A stretch of 64,000 bases of DNA from Paraspadella gotoi (Eukaryota > Animalia > Chaetognatha), in assembly GCA_051294375.1 (NCBI GenBank), contig CM119267.1, positions 11,361,865 through 11,425,864 of the forward strand, read 5' to 3'. Shown in pieces: positions 1 through 13,791 of the stretch (position 1 is its first letter; every line of letters starts with the position of its first letter). The notes beneath the pieces are model-generated. The model was not told the origin of the DNA, did no database searches, and was given only the letters and a program-made list of their open reading frames with translations. Position numbers and translations under genes: made by a program.

Positions 1-1499
1 AGACGCTTCGAGCTTCTCGCCGCGAGGCTCATCCTGGTCCCCAGATTTTTCGCCAAACCCTTCATTTTAGGATGGTCTTTACACAGTGCTACTGTTTAAC
101 TCTTCTTATTTTAATTCTTTCCTTGTCCACATAATACCCAACGAGCCATATTGCGTTGTTAAAACCACGACTTACAGGGTTCCCGCCCATTATCAGATTC
201 TCATTAATTGCAACTACCTGTCATTTTCAAATTTTAGGATCTGTTATGACAAAAATAATGCTAATTTTATTCACTACCAGAGGAAGCAATGTCGATGTTA
301 TTCACAACCTAATTTTAGAATCCACAAAACGTTTCAATTTCTTAAGCCATGTCACAATTGTCACACTGCTCAAACAATTCTTTTCATAATCCCTGTGCAT
401 TGAACACACTGCACTCTCTTCACCCCGCATATTCCAAAACCCTCTCGCCAACCCCGTCCTTACCACTCCAGACGGAGCCGGTCGCGCGCCGGAAACGCCT
501 CGAGCGTCGACGCGGATTGATATTCGACGCGCGAAGAGGCGGAGGCGAAGAAAAGCCGCTTCACTCCCTTCCCCCTCCTCCGACGCTGAACCCTCCGCGC
601 AAAAAAAAAAGTGATCCCAATTTCCACCCCCTTCTTTTTTTTTTTTTTTTTTTTTTATTATCGAGCGTTGGGGTTGGAGAGGGGAGGGAGGAAGGGGAAC
701 TGGCGAGGAGACTGAGGGAAAGAGGAAATAAAAGAAGAAAAATACAGGAGGAGGGGAAAAGGAACAAAAAAGCATTAAAGGTAGGAGAGAGATAGAAAAG
801 AAATTGAAAAGTAACGTAATGTGAGCAATGAGCAATGAGAGGTTTAAGGAGTAACCGAAAGGTGTGAACGAAAATCGGAATAATAGAATTAGAAAGAGAA
901 GATGGATCAAAAAGAAGAAGCAAAACAGCGCTTGAAAATTTTTTTTTTCGCTTTCATTCATATCTAATCTACGATCCGACTCGTCTAAAACACTTTGCAC
1001 ATCCTTCACAACATTGAAGCGTCACCTGCCGAGATTCCCTAAACCACATATACTTATAAGTTATAACAACCAAAAAAATGGTGGACGGGTCCACCATTTT
1101 TTTCAGCGATAGATAGTCTCGAAGCCCGATGTTTACTTTCGCCCGTTTTTTATTTGCTTTCCAGTTACGCGGTTTTCCCGCCGTTCTTTTCTCCTTATTT
1201 TCCTTTTCCCTTCTCTTTCTTCTCCTTTTTCCTTAATCTTTGCACTTTTTTTCGGCTTTTTTCTCCGATTCCTTGATTTTTTTTCAACGCGTTCTATTTC
1301 TAATATTCTATTGTTAATTGAAGAATTCCTTGGATGATCAAAAAAAATGCCAAGGATAGTAAAACTAAAACGCCAAAAAAAAGAAGCTATATCACATTGC
1401 TGATTGCATTAAAAATATTTTAACGAAGTATCCATCTGTGAATTGTAAGCCTAAAAAAAAATTGATGGGTTTTCCCCAAGATTCGTAGAGGAAATTAGT

Positions 1500-1791
1500 T
1501 TCTCCGCCCGTTCCGCCTTTCGTCGGTTTGTACGCCTCCCAGTAGGCGCGGTTTTGAGGGCCTCGTACGGATTTCGGTTTTGATTCTGGGGCGTCGACGA
1601 AAATCTCGTATTTTGCCGTGCCACCTCCTTCGTCAGCCGTTACGACGTGGTGATACTTCGTTAAAGAAACCGAGATGTCTTGACGCGAGTTGGGACTCCC
1701 GTTCGGACGAACCAGAGATCGGCGTCGTTGGTCCAGACTCCGGGAGTTTGACTGAGACGCCCGATGTCGAAGGCGTTGAAGCAGCGGCCAT
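1500..1791 (-). mobile_element. Degenerate Ty3/Gypsy LTR-retrotransposon gag N-terminal fragment (frameshifted)
   Basis: Joining minus-strand frames from ATG 1791 gives MAAASTPSTSGVSVKLPE / WTNDADLWFVRT / SQLASRH / SVSLTKYHHVVTA ... YEALKT. This matches the Gypsy Gag N-terminal pattern VKLPxFWxxDxxLWFxxxExQF...TKYxHVV..L (DUF7041-type). Several frameshifts; no pol or LTR recognised. Confidence 0.6.
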
Positions 1792-3278
1792 GACCGTCTT
1801 GGAAAAAACAGAGGGCGGTGGCGAGAAAGAAAGGAGTTACCCCTTAGTACCCAAAAGTTAGTTAATATACAGACTTCGAGTTTCATAAAAACGTTTGCAC
1901 ACTTAATCAGACGTATATATAAATAATTTTGTATAAAAATATTTAAGTTTAATGCATCGAACATATGAGATCCCGATATCGAATAGTCATTTCGTATCTA
2001 TTTTAATGTTAAAGACCGGTCAAGCCGGTCAAAAAGACAAAAGATACTAGCGAACCTGGCGGATAATTCGCGAATTTTTCATAAAAAGAGCATCTTTTTC
2101 CTGTGAATCTGATGATGAGTTTTAGTTTTTTTAATAACATATGTATTATTAATATATATTCTAGGTTTTATTAATAATTTCATAATGCTTAATAATTTTA
2201 TAAGTTTTAGTAGCTGATGTTGTGATTTTTAATAGTTTTTTTGTTTTTTATAGGAAAACATTTTAGAATTAATCGCTATTTTTGTTTTGCTGTTTTTCAG
2301 TCTGAACATATATTTAAAAGAGAATTAATATAAAATATGATCTTATATAGTCAAATGATAAATAACAATAATATAATTAATATTTAATAAAAGATGAAAT
2401 TTTTTAACAATGACAATATTTATACAAAAACATAAATGCTTTAAACAGGATATGATTAGATTACAATTTTATCCCTTCTTCTTAAACTATTAATTATATT
2501 ATAGAAGTCATTTTCCTATGACTATAGTTTTTCATTTTTATAACTATTAATAGGCTATAATTAAGGATGAATGAGGTTTGAGCATCCATAGTCAAACTTT
2601 TTTTCAATTATAAAAAAATTATCTCGGATTTTTTTTTTAGTTTTTAGTCATTGTATTATTTATTTTCATTTGTTGTTTGATTTAGAGACGAAGATAATAA
2701 CTTTTAATGGTAACAATAACGACATAATGTTTTTACATAAAAAAATAGACATTTTTGACTATGTTAGCTTCATCGTTGTTGTTAACAATTAAAATGTATC
2801 TATATTATCATATTTTTTAATTCATAATTTGTTTACTCACTTTTCAATTTGGTTGATTGAAGATTAACAAAGCAATCTATTCATTATTTACAGACAATAG
2901 GTTTCGATTAATTTTATAATTAATGATTTGATTTAAAAAACTATAAAACAAAATCAATTCTTTAAAATCTTGGGAAGTTAAGTTTCCTCTCAAAAGTTCT
3001 CTGTTTTCTTTATAAATGTAATTAGTTTTTGATTATGATCAGAAAATAACAAATTAATAGGACAGTTATTTTATACATATCAAAAAATGAGTCGCGGTTC
3101 AATGTTGCCTCAAACATAAAAAAAGGATCCAATCGTCCAATCTATGTATGCATATTCAAATTTAGTAATATTATTAGATGTATTTTAATTTTCTTCCTGA
3201 TCATTCAAACATAATTATACTTTTAAATCATGATTATGATATTGAATGGATCCTTTTCACTTATCTATATGTATATAC

Positions 3279-3445
3279 GGGTTGTTAGCAGGATTGTGCC
3301 ACGTATTTATTGGGCCCATAAAATGCGCCCCTAGGATTGCACCCATGTAGCATTGGGCCCACATACAATTGCACCCCTAGTATCCGCCCACTATTCCACG
3401 TATTCCCACGTATTCCTACGTTGGGTTACAATCCTAATTGAACCC
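3279..3445. mobile_element. Small MITE-like element with imperfect terminal inverted repeats and internal ~51-bp subrepeat
   Basis: The 5' end GGGTTGTTAGCAGGATTGTGCCACGTA resembles the reverse complement of the 3' end (GGGTTCAATTAGGATTGTAACCCAACGTA). An internal unit AGGATTG..C.C...ATTGGGCCCA...TGC.CCCCTAG is duplicated. It is a GC-richer island in AT-rich DNA. Confidence 0.4.
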
Positions 3446-5712
3446 TAGTTGGACTAAAAATTACTTCAAAAAATATAGAAAAATATTCATTAATAATTTA
3501 AATAATTTCTTGTTGCAGTAATTTTTAAAATAATTTTTTTTATTAATTATTATTATTAATTATATTAATTTAATATTAGTATTATTATTTTTTTAAATTT
3601 ACTTTTATTAGTTATTTTAATCTTTGTTATCAGTTTGCCATATTTACCTATTTATTAAAGCACGTATAATAGTAACTTAACGAATGATTATACAATTTAT
3701 ATACAATTTATATTATATATATGTAATAAGGAACTTAAACAGCAAAATAGTTTAATATTTTATTTTATGCAAAAATCTCTTCGAATTCCTCATTTTGGTA
3801 AGAAAAAGAAGCATTCAAGATCTCATTTAATTGCTATTTTGTCTTATTATATATTAGTATTAAATACTAATAAATTATTTATATTTATAAATATATATCT
3901 AAAAACTATAATATTCAATTATTTAATTATATTACATTATAAACGTTTAAAATTACGGCGAATAAAGAGCGTCATCGTTATCTGACATTCGATCGTACTA
4001 ATTTGCATAATTTAGGAGCCAGATAAAAATCGACCGGGATCTCTCATGTTGAGAATTTCAAATCGAATAAAAGGTGTTTTAATTAAAGTGATAATATATT
4101 GTGTGAATTTTTGAAAATCTGATCCATCTGATACACTACCCTTAGAAAATCTTTTAGATAGATCCCGTTCACGTCTTAAAAAAAGACCTGGAATCAGACA
4201 GGCAGAAAAAAAATAAATTCTTCGTCGGGCTCACCATTAAAGGGGCACTTTTGGCATAAGTAAGTTTATTATCATTTGATAATTACGAGCGACGCAATAA
4301 TAACAATTACAAACGCTTAAATATTTTGCAGATCGGACCTGATCGAAAGCACGCGTAAATTTTACCAGTTGCTTGATCCGTTGTTTGTTTATGATACAAA
4401 AATACGTTTTAACAATTATTCGATACATAAACATGTTAAAATACATGTCGAACGAATTTTTGGTACAATCGAGTAGTTTACAAAACTGTAATGACTCATT
4501 GTACATTGAAATACTTCTAACAAATTAAACACTAAAAAACGTTTCATCTTTCAGAGCTGTGAAATCTTTTAGTTTGTGCTTTTCGTTAAGCTCTCTGATT
4601 CGGATCGTTTTCGCCGCATCTGCCAATAGCGCGTTAGGCGAGATATATTTTGTCCGTGTCGCTGATCCGACCAGCGTCTTCAGCCCCGTCAATTCCAACG
4701 AAATCAGGAAATGATACAGTAAAGATAGGAGTAATACAAATAAAATTATCTTTTTAATTAGACTTCCTGTCTCGATTCTTCCTCTTCTATATCTACTTCT
4801 CGCTCCAGTTCTCTATACACATCCGCGTGCTCTGGTCCTCCTACTCTCCCTTCTTTTTTATTCTTTCTTCCTTCTTTCCCCGCTTCTTCTTTATCCCCGA
4901 AAGACGCCGCGTCTAGACGAATGAAGGCTTTTAAACCTCGGCTGAATGAACAGATTAAATTTTGTCACCTGTGAGGGTTACGAGTCGAAAGCTTGGGGTG
5001 GCGGAAGGCGGAGGATAAAATCCAACGACCGGAGTGTTGGGCGCGTCCGGGATGAAAGTCGTGCGCGAACGTAAACAAACCGGAGTGGAAATATCCCCTC
5101 CCACTTTATGCTGAGGATATTTTGTTGTCAATTTCAACCTGGCTCAAGATAGTCTAGCGGGTTGTGATTATGGAAAAGTGGAGTGGAGCGCAAATGCGTT
5201 TGGGGGATGATAACGTTCGATGTTGAGCGTTGCGACGGAGCAGGTACAAAGATAGAGACAGAGACAATGTGTAGGAGACGGAGAAAAAGAAGCCTTTCAA
5301 GGACGAACGAGTGAATTATACAAAGTCGCTGGACGAGGGTGAAAAAAGCTGAGAGGAGTCGGGTAAGTTAAGGAACAAGGAGTAAGTTAATTCTGTGTTT
5401 GAGATTTAAAATCCTCCTCAAGGCCTTCGATTCCTCCCACTGAGATGCAAGGTGTCGAAGTTATGGCCTTGAGGATTATTGAATTCTCCAGTGGCGAGAG
5501 GGTGGGTCGGGTGAGGGAATTGGGAATTGGGAATTGGACGAGGTAGATGTCAACAATTCAACTGTTCTAATCATTGATAAGGAAGCCATGCTCTCTGGGA
5601 GGTTATACACTGGATTTTTAGGGAGTCTTGATTGAAAGCTTTCACGGTCTCAATATGCTATTATCTTGTAGTCGGGCATTGCAATATGTTCACGCCGTCT
5701 ATAAGCATGTGA

Positions 5713-5890
5713 CCCCCCTTGGCTCCTTGAGTAATACCATCAGCTCATGACCATGAGGTACCGGGATCGATTCACAATGATACCTACCCTGCGGGAAGCG
5801 TGAGGACGACCGTAAGGCGCCTTGGGAACGTGGAAAACCCTCAAGCCTGGTTCCAAGCCCAGTACCCGTTCCATGGCTGCTAGAGGGGAT
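5713..5890 (+). ncRNA. Possible SINE-like head followed by a degenerate twister-ribozyme-like motif
   Basis: A-box-like TGGCTCCTTGAG and B-box-like GGGATCGATTC, then TAA-GGC-GC-[hairpin]-CTGG TTCCAAGC CCAG ... GCT-A-GAGGG. P1 is poorly supported. Confidence 0.25.
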
Positions 5891-6281
5891 TATAAAAGTT
5901 GCGGATAGCACTCTTCAGCCCCCTTAGCGCGTTATCCACATTCTTGATGGGGGCCTTAACACACCGCACCCTGTCCAAAGTCATGGGCAAGAAAGCTTAG
6001 TATTTACTGAGCGGATAGATGGTTTTATATAGATTACAATCTGTATTGTACCAATTTGATAGAGAAAAGGGAGTGGCTGGGAGTGAGGGGGAAAGGAGAT
6101 ATAATTGTGAAGGAGCGCCGAGCGAAGGTGAAAAACGTGGGGTTCCGAAGGGAGGCACCTGGGGTTCGAAAGGGAAGGCGAAGGCGTGGTGGGATTTTTT
6201 TTTTTCATCATGAAAAAAACATCACGATTCCACGTCAAAATAACTCGAGCGAGAAGCTCGGCTTTTGTGAGTCGTGAGTTT

Positions 6282-6400
<119 letters not shown>

Positions 6401-6833
6401 AATGATTTGAAGGAGTACAGCCATCGATTGAAACGAAACACTTCATCTAATGTCATCCAATGACGCGTAAAGAAGCGACGTTGAAAACCGATTCGATTTC
6501 CCCTGATGACAATATTGTACAAAGTTAAATAAGTTTTAATGTTTATTGCCTAAATATTGTTCAAACACGATGTAAAAATCTTAAACTATAACTAAATCGC
6601 AAAGAAAACGGTTTTCCTTCCGAGTTCCGTCCGAAACACATCCCGATTCTAATGGCATTCGACTTAAAACTGTTTTAACAAAACAAAACAAAAGGAATAA
6701 TAAAAACCAGAGGCGATTTGTTTGAGTGGAAATCCCTTTTGAGACCACTACGATATTTCTTTGGTAGATTTATCCGTCTTTTTCCTTTTTTCTAATCATT
6801 CTCTCTCTGTCTCTCTGTCTCTCTGTCTCTCTG

Positions 6834-6894
<61 letters not shown>

Positions 6895-8360
6895 CTCACA
6901 CACAAACAAACAATTGGAATGATCACGGATAAATCGTAGACGTTTTATCACCGACAACAATTCGTCTAACGATCGAATCCCACAGAAACTTTTCAGCAAT
7001 GATGACAACAATGACGACGAAAACGACGACGAATAAAGACGAAGTCAAATGTTTTTTTTTTCTCCACAAAACAGAAACTGTTTCAAGCGTCGCCAAAAAA
7101 AAATTGTTACAACGTTTTGGATTTCCGGTCTTCCCCGCATAATAGAATCCGATTTTAAATAGTACGGTATTAAATTAGTTTTTCCTCTATGAATAAACGC
7201 TAAAAGGATGCAATTTGAGCGCGACGCATGAGCGAGAGAAAGAGAGAAAAAAATGGAGGTGCGAAGTTTGTTTACAAAACAAGGCGACGAAACCTTTCTG
7301 CGACGTCGTCGCCTAGGAACGACCCGTCGCCTGGCAACGATCCGTCGCCTGACGACAAACGCTCTCCGCAAAACAACCGGAAGTCGATTATCGATCGTCG
7401 GGGGACGCGAGCCGTCGTTAGGGGGACGAAAAATGTCGGGAAAAGACGGAACCGGGTGAAAAGGTTACGGGGGGGGGCTGTTCCTTTTCTTTGCATAATA
7501 TTGATCATTGGAACGAGAACGAGGGCAAAAAAAAAAAAAGGAAGAAAAAAAAAGTATATTTTTCGATACTAAACAACGAAAATAACAAAAAAAGTCGAGA
7601 TTCAAAGGTTTACTTTGCCTATGGAATAAATTGAGCAGTTGATGAAGAGATAGGTATTAGGTAAGGCCTATAAACTGTGGACTCATTCTATTTATAATTT
7701 TAATCAAAGCTAAAAAGTTTTTTATAGAACTACGCAACGATCTTCTTTCACCGAACGAAACATTATCGAACCGTCTTTCGAGAGTCGAAGACGAAGCGCG
7801 ATTAAAATCGTAAAAAATTCACCGCGAACATCATTATTGCGAATAAGAAACCTACTTTTTCAGGATGACAAATGACCTGACCTTCCTTCGACAGCAAAGT
7901 GCTCCCGAAAGAAAAACCTCAAAAGGTTCATTCGATTTATTTCGTCAACTTTGTTTACCGTTTGTTGTGATGGAAATATGAGGCGGCTGAGAGGCAGATG
8001 TCACCTCCGCCGCCAGCGTTTCCGCCGCCGCCGCCGCCGCCGCCATCACCGACAGGTTAACGCGGAGAGACGTCGACAACAAAACCCAGGTCGCTCATTG
8101 GTCGGATTTTGGCGGCTGTTTTGTCTTGGGCGAAGTTGTTGTTGTTGTTCCTCGATGAGCTGAGATCTGGATCGATACCCATTTCTTTTTTTATGTGGGG
8201 GGAGGGGTGAGGGGGTAGTGGGGAGAGGGGAGTGGGAAGTGGGGAGAGGGGAGTGGCCGTTCCATCGTTCCAATTTTCAGCAGAAGCCATCTTTTTTTTT
8301 CTTAGGGAGCTCAACTGTAAATATAATTTATCAATCATCTCGTTCATTTTTAAAGAGGAG

Positions 8361-8471
<111 letters not shown>

Positions 8472-9296
8472 CGGAAAAAGGAGGAAATAAAAACATTGGC
8501 TCAGCCCGTGTTCGCCCGAAAAGAAAGTAAATTCTGCTCAAACATCAATTAGGACACAGAATCTCTTTCTCTCAACCGAAGGATTAATTCGAAGCGCAAA
8601 TTGTGACGAATGCGATTGTGGGAGGCGCCCCCCTCGCCCCCCCCCCGAGAGGAGGTGAGAGGGGCGGAGGAGGAGAGGGAAGGAGGGGTTGGAGCGGTCA
8701 GAGGTTAACGAGGTCAATCGAGGTAAGTTGCGGGGGATCTGACGATGAAAAAAAGGCTGGAAATAGCAAAGTTAGGTTAGTGAATGAGAAAGTAACAGTG
8801 TTGAGTTTGCATTTAATGAGAAATTTCTTTGATTCCATATTAATTCGATGGTTCTTCTTCGATTCTAGGTCAAATATCATTAAATCAAAGAGAAAAAAAA
8901 GGGGTGAGGTACTTTTGGTACGTTTGGTCATTTCTTATCAGGTAGGCCCGCGGATGAGCGTTGGAAGTGGATAGAATTGTAGGGTCCTCGAGGGGAGAGA
9001 GTGACTCATAGATTAAGACGGCGACGTCGTTAAGGTCGTTCGATTCTTGAGGGATAGAGAGCGAGAGGAGATAGAGAGAGGGAGTCGACGCAGTAACGAG
9101 CTGGTTTGGAACGACTAATGACAGCGAGTCGCGAGTCGCGGGGAAGAAGAAATAAAAACAGTGAAATACTGAACTTTTGAAGGCGTGAAGTCAGACTCAC
9201 CTCGAGGGAGTCACTATTAGGATGCAGGAAGACGTGAAATTGAAAGTGAGAGTGAAAGATCGAAAGAAAAAAAGCATGACGGAGAAAGCGAATTGT

Positions 9297-9337
<41 letters not shown>

Positions 9338-9371
9338 AAAAGAGAGAGAGAGAGAGAGAGAGAGAAGAGAT

Positions 9372-9420
<49 letters not shown>

Positions 9421-9537
9421 CTCGTCTCGAAATTGAACATTGGATAACGTTCCCTCTAAGAAAAAGAAAACAGGAACAGAGGAGATTGACAGACATTGAA
9501 GAAGAAGACAAGGAAGGAGGAAAGGTAGGAAAAAGAT

Positions 9538-9624
<87 letters not shown>
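9297..9624. repeat. Cluster of interrupted (AG)n microsatellites
   Basis: AG runs at ~9297-9418 and ~9542-9624. Confidence 0.95.
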
Positions 9625-9625
<1 letters not shown>

Positions 9626-11694
9626 GGCAGCAGGGGCTGGTGACAGGTGAGACAGAATAACGACAGGCGATACCGCGCCGCTAATTTAAAGGAGAACCGT
9701 GGATTCCTCGAGGTGGAGAAAAAGGGGGAGGGGGTGGGAGGAACTCATGAATGGAATTAATCGGTACGAAGTGGTTGGAAGAAAGTCTATAGGGGAATTA
9801 CAGAGTGTATCAAGCGTACTGTCACTTTACAAATGAATACGGTGACTCAGTACGGTTATAAAAAATGCATTTACTGTACTCGTTAGATCCAGAAGTTATT
9901 ACAGTTTTATATGATAATAGTTTGAAAATAGTTTTAGTAGTATAATATACTATATGCATCTACCATTATATGCTGAATCATAACATACTAAATTTTTAGC
10001 ATGTCACAGTTTCTTGAAACCAGAGTGTAACCAGGGAGTAACCGGGTAAGAGCTAACATTTTATGAATTTCTTGAATCGGTTGTCTTTTGTGTGTTACTC
10101 GAATGAACGGATATAGTTCAAGTTAGCGGTATGAGTCACGCAAATCAGTCGGGAAATCATTAATTCGTGAGATGGAAGCGCCGAGTTTTAATGGTGACAA
10201 AAGGCTTTAAATTCGAGATTGTAAAAATAGAGAGAAGGAAAAGATTCTGGCGGATATCGATCGAATGAGCGTTCGTTAGTTTTGAACGTGAATTTAACAA
10301 GAAATGAGCCACTTCGACGTTGAGCGCCGTTTGCGCGAGCGGGAGGGAATAAGACTACCGCAGCAAAAAAATTTTAAAAACCCGATTCTCGTGAGTCTGA
10401 ACCGATTTAATCGTGTTTTAACTTTTTTCAAAAAACCAATTATGCGTCGTAGACTCAGCTGGCGCGGCTGCGTTCTTTTCCAGTGCATAATCAACTCTCT
10501 CTCTCTCTCTTGCTCCCCCTCCTCTTCCCCGTTCCCGAGTCAACAACGTCGATGAGATTAATATTTTTTTTTTCTATTCTGATATCGTTTACCTATAACG
10601 TCAGAGTTTTAAACAATGGATTTATCTTAACTCATTTTATTGCTATACTTGATCATGATCTTGCTTTTAAAAGAAAAAGGAAATGAGGGTAAGTTCTGGG
10701 GAGAGGAATCCGGACAAACGGGGGAGGAACAGGAAGGTAAGGAGAAAGAAATCCAATAAGTCGCCGGCGACGAGACCCGAAATCTGACCTTCAATGATGG
10801 CCCACCAAATAATGGGGCCAGTGAATGGCGGGGTGTTGAAAAAGAGGGGGAGAGGAGGGTAGGGGAAGGGAGAAGAGGAGAGAAGGAGAGAACAGGTAGA
10901 TGGAAGAATAAGAATATTAGCACGAGTAGTGAGGAGGTGTGGACGCAACAAGTTTCAGGGTTATAACAATAACAATCAAAAAGCTCAGATGCTAAGTCTA
11001 TAACAATGGATATTTACAAAGGTCAATGTTTGACCATAAAGAGAATAGCAAAACAATTGAGGGTAAGGTTGAAGTAAGGTCAACTGGTTTGACTGAGGTT
11101 GCGTGTTACAGTTGTCCGTCCACAGAGGTTTTTTATCTTGGCAAAGGATATCTGGATGATGTGAGAGAGATATGAATCTCACATCGACATCGTGATCGTT
11201 TCTCACCGCAATGAAATCCGAGTCTCTTTCTCAACTTATTTCACTGCCTCAGAGTGCGCGAAGACAAAGGAGCTTTAAAATTGAGGAAGGAAAGTAAAGC
11301 GAATATCAATATGAATACTTTTAACTTTGATAAAAATAGAACAACGAACACTAGAAACCCGAAAACCCACCCGGCGTCGTTCGAGTCCGTCGAGGGTGAC
11401 GCCACCCCCATTATTCTCCGGATGAAATGACGCCGGAATCTCGGCGTCGAAATTCACAAAGCCGCGGGGGCGGAACGACGATATATGGAACCGGGTTTAG
11501 GAGGGCGCCACGTGAGGAGAGAGTAATAATTGGTGAGGGGTGGAAATAATTATGGCGGGTACAAAGGGAGTAACATTCAATATGGGGTTAAATTAAAGAA
11601 TCAAAACTAATGTTTACGTTAATCAATCAATTGTAGCTTCCTTTATCATTTATGGGAAAAATGACGACCGAAAGTAAGAAATTGAGAAAGTTAC

Positions 11695-11697
<3 letters not shown>

Positions 11698-11757
<60 letters not shown>
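11698..11757. repeat. (GA)n microsatellite
   Basis: Directly visible. Confidence 0.95.
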
Positions 11758-11759
<2 letters not shown>

Positions 11760-12089
11760 CTTCCACGGATTAATGGGTCGAGGTCGACAGATATAATGCG
11801 CTCGTCGGTCGCAGCGGAGTGAGAGCGTAGAGGAGGCGGGGAGGGGACACGTAGTTGTGAGTAGGGAGGAAGAGGTGGAGAGAAGGGCGTGGAGAAGGAG
11901 GGCGTCGCGGGGGCGGTGTCGACCTCGCTCTGGCGCGTCTACCAGGGCGGAGGAGGTGAGAAGGGCGAGGCTGAGGTCGCCTCTCGGTCCCTCGGCTAAT
12001 GGATTCAAGATGGGCACGTTTCTTCTCTTCAGCCATCGCGTCCCTCGCCAACCACAATTCCTGTTTATTCAACACGCGCGGGTTTTTCG

Positions 12090-12138
<49 letters not shown>

Positions 12139-12921
12139 CGGAGAAAGGCGAAACTTGTAAAATTACGTGAGAAAGGAAACGTAGGTGAAATAATGAACGG
12201 TTAATACAGGTCGCACTCAAAGCTTTCAATGATAGTTAAATCCAAGCTTTAAGAGATTTTAAGATTGTCAAAGATTGAATGGGCACTATGAGGCATTTTG
12301 ACCTTTGACTTTTTAGATCATTATTTTGAAGCTCTTTCAATTAGATATTCATTTTTCATTATGTCTAAAACAATTTTCATTGACATGTACGATATGATTT
12401 TAGGAAGATATAATAACAAAAACAAAACCATGATCCATCTCTCTCGGAAGGAAATAATAAGAAAGAGAAAAGAAAGAAAAAAGCCGTCGAGACGATACAC
12501 TTGACCGCCACTCGACTTGGGACCGATGGAAGAACGTTCATTTCCGGTTGAAAACAACGAGCCGCGCCCCCTCGCCTCCACGCCACTCCCACGCTCGGTT
12601 ACCAGCTCGAGAACCGAACAGGAAATTAAAAAAAATGAGAGGGGGGAGGGACAGACGATAGAGATAAAGATAAACACGAAAACCACAACAAACATGAACT
12701 CAATCTTCTCTCGCCACGAGAAAAAGCGCCGTCGGGAATAAGTGGAGAGACCGAGAAGCAAATGAAACAAAAAAGTGATCAACAGAGAGTATGTTTTATG
12801 TCTCGACCAAATTGAGAGTGAAAAGCTTGAGAAAAAGAGAGATAGACTGGGTACATCGTGGAGTCATTAGGGATCGACGAAACCCCACCAAGTCGAAGAA
12901 GGCACCTGAAAAAGTTGCCGT

Positions 12922-13100
12922 TATGGCAATAGTCGGGTTGCCTGTGATACCCATTGGGATGGGGCATCGCACTGTTGGCTTTGGGGGCTTCCGACCCTCA
13001 GTGGCGCCTCCTGGCGCGGTTACCCTAGCACGGTCTCGTTTTTGCCAACGCAGAGGGACTGTGGATGAAACATAACGCTTGGGGTGGTGTGTTCCCCCTC
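12922..13100 (-). mobile_element. Structured dispersed repeat (~180-200 bp), SINE/retroelement-5'-like
   Basis: Its reverse complement (GGGGAACACACCACCCCAAGCGTT...CCCTCTGCGTTGGCAAA...CACTGAGGGTCGGAAGCCCCCAAA...GCCCCATCCCAATGGG...TTGCCAT) aligns with substitutions to 36803-37008 and 60713-60909. Confidence 0.7.
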
Positions 13101-13791
13101 TTAGCCAACGGGATTTGACTGAACGATCTCGGGTGTGAGATGGTGTGAATAAGGTATGAGATGTGTGAGATGGTGTGATTGAATATACCACCACACCGTG
13201 TCATTTGAAGCTAAAATCTCGTTCGGTCGTTTGGCGTCAACACGACGTCCGTCTCTGGAAACTGGATCAAGAAGCCCAATATCTTCGCTCATTTATGCCT
13301 CTAAAGTTTGAAGCGCACGAATCGAAACGGATCATGTAAAATACTATATTTAATGTGGTGTTATAAATTTTTAACATTGAATAACATTTTCCTGAGATGT
13401 GAAAAATCACACATACAAGTCTTAATATTTTGCACATTACGCAGATTTTCGCTTCGAAATTTGCTCATCAATACTTGTTTCATGTTTATTGTTTAATCAA
13501 TCATTATTTAATTTCTCGCGCTCAAATCTCTTTACTCCGTGGACTCGATTGAAGCTAATCTTTTTTTCGGCCACTCGATTTGGTCTCTCCCGCCAGGCGC
13601 CAGGCCTCGCCGAGACTCAGGTGCGAAATCTGGCGTCGGCCTCGTCAATTTTATTTCGCCGACCTTCCATTTCCTTCTTTCTCTCTTTCTTTTTTTTTCG
13701 CCTTTTATTTGTTTTTTAGTCGGCGGTGAGCGGGACGGACTCGAACGCCGCCATGAATCAAACGAGGCGACGTGGTCGTTAGCGGGAGGCA

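Noticed and set aside
1-600. Possible minus-strand exons (VKRLFFASASSRVEYQ...RLRLEW|GTAAGG) of a gene leaving the window
   Set aside because: Short, no recognisable domain and partner exons not established.
4237-4720. Short minus-strand ORFs, possible TE fragment
   Set aside because: No recognisable transposase or RT motif.
5713-5780. tRNA gene
   Set aside because: A/B-box-like words are present but no convincing cloverleaf acceptor stem; kept only as a possible SINE head.
11770-12060. Minus-strand exon with faint RasGEF REM-like words (LFLPTHNYVSPPRLLYAL)
   Set aside because: Needs frameshifts, and no downstream CDC25-like exons were found; similarity too weak.
13045-13072. Hammerhead ribozyme (CTGTGGA...GAAAC)
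   Set aside because: The core deviates from CUGANGA, stem II is absent and the motif is not conserved in the other copy.
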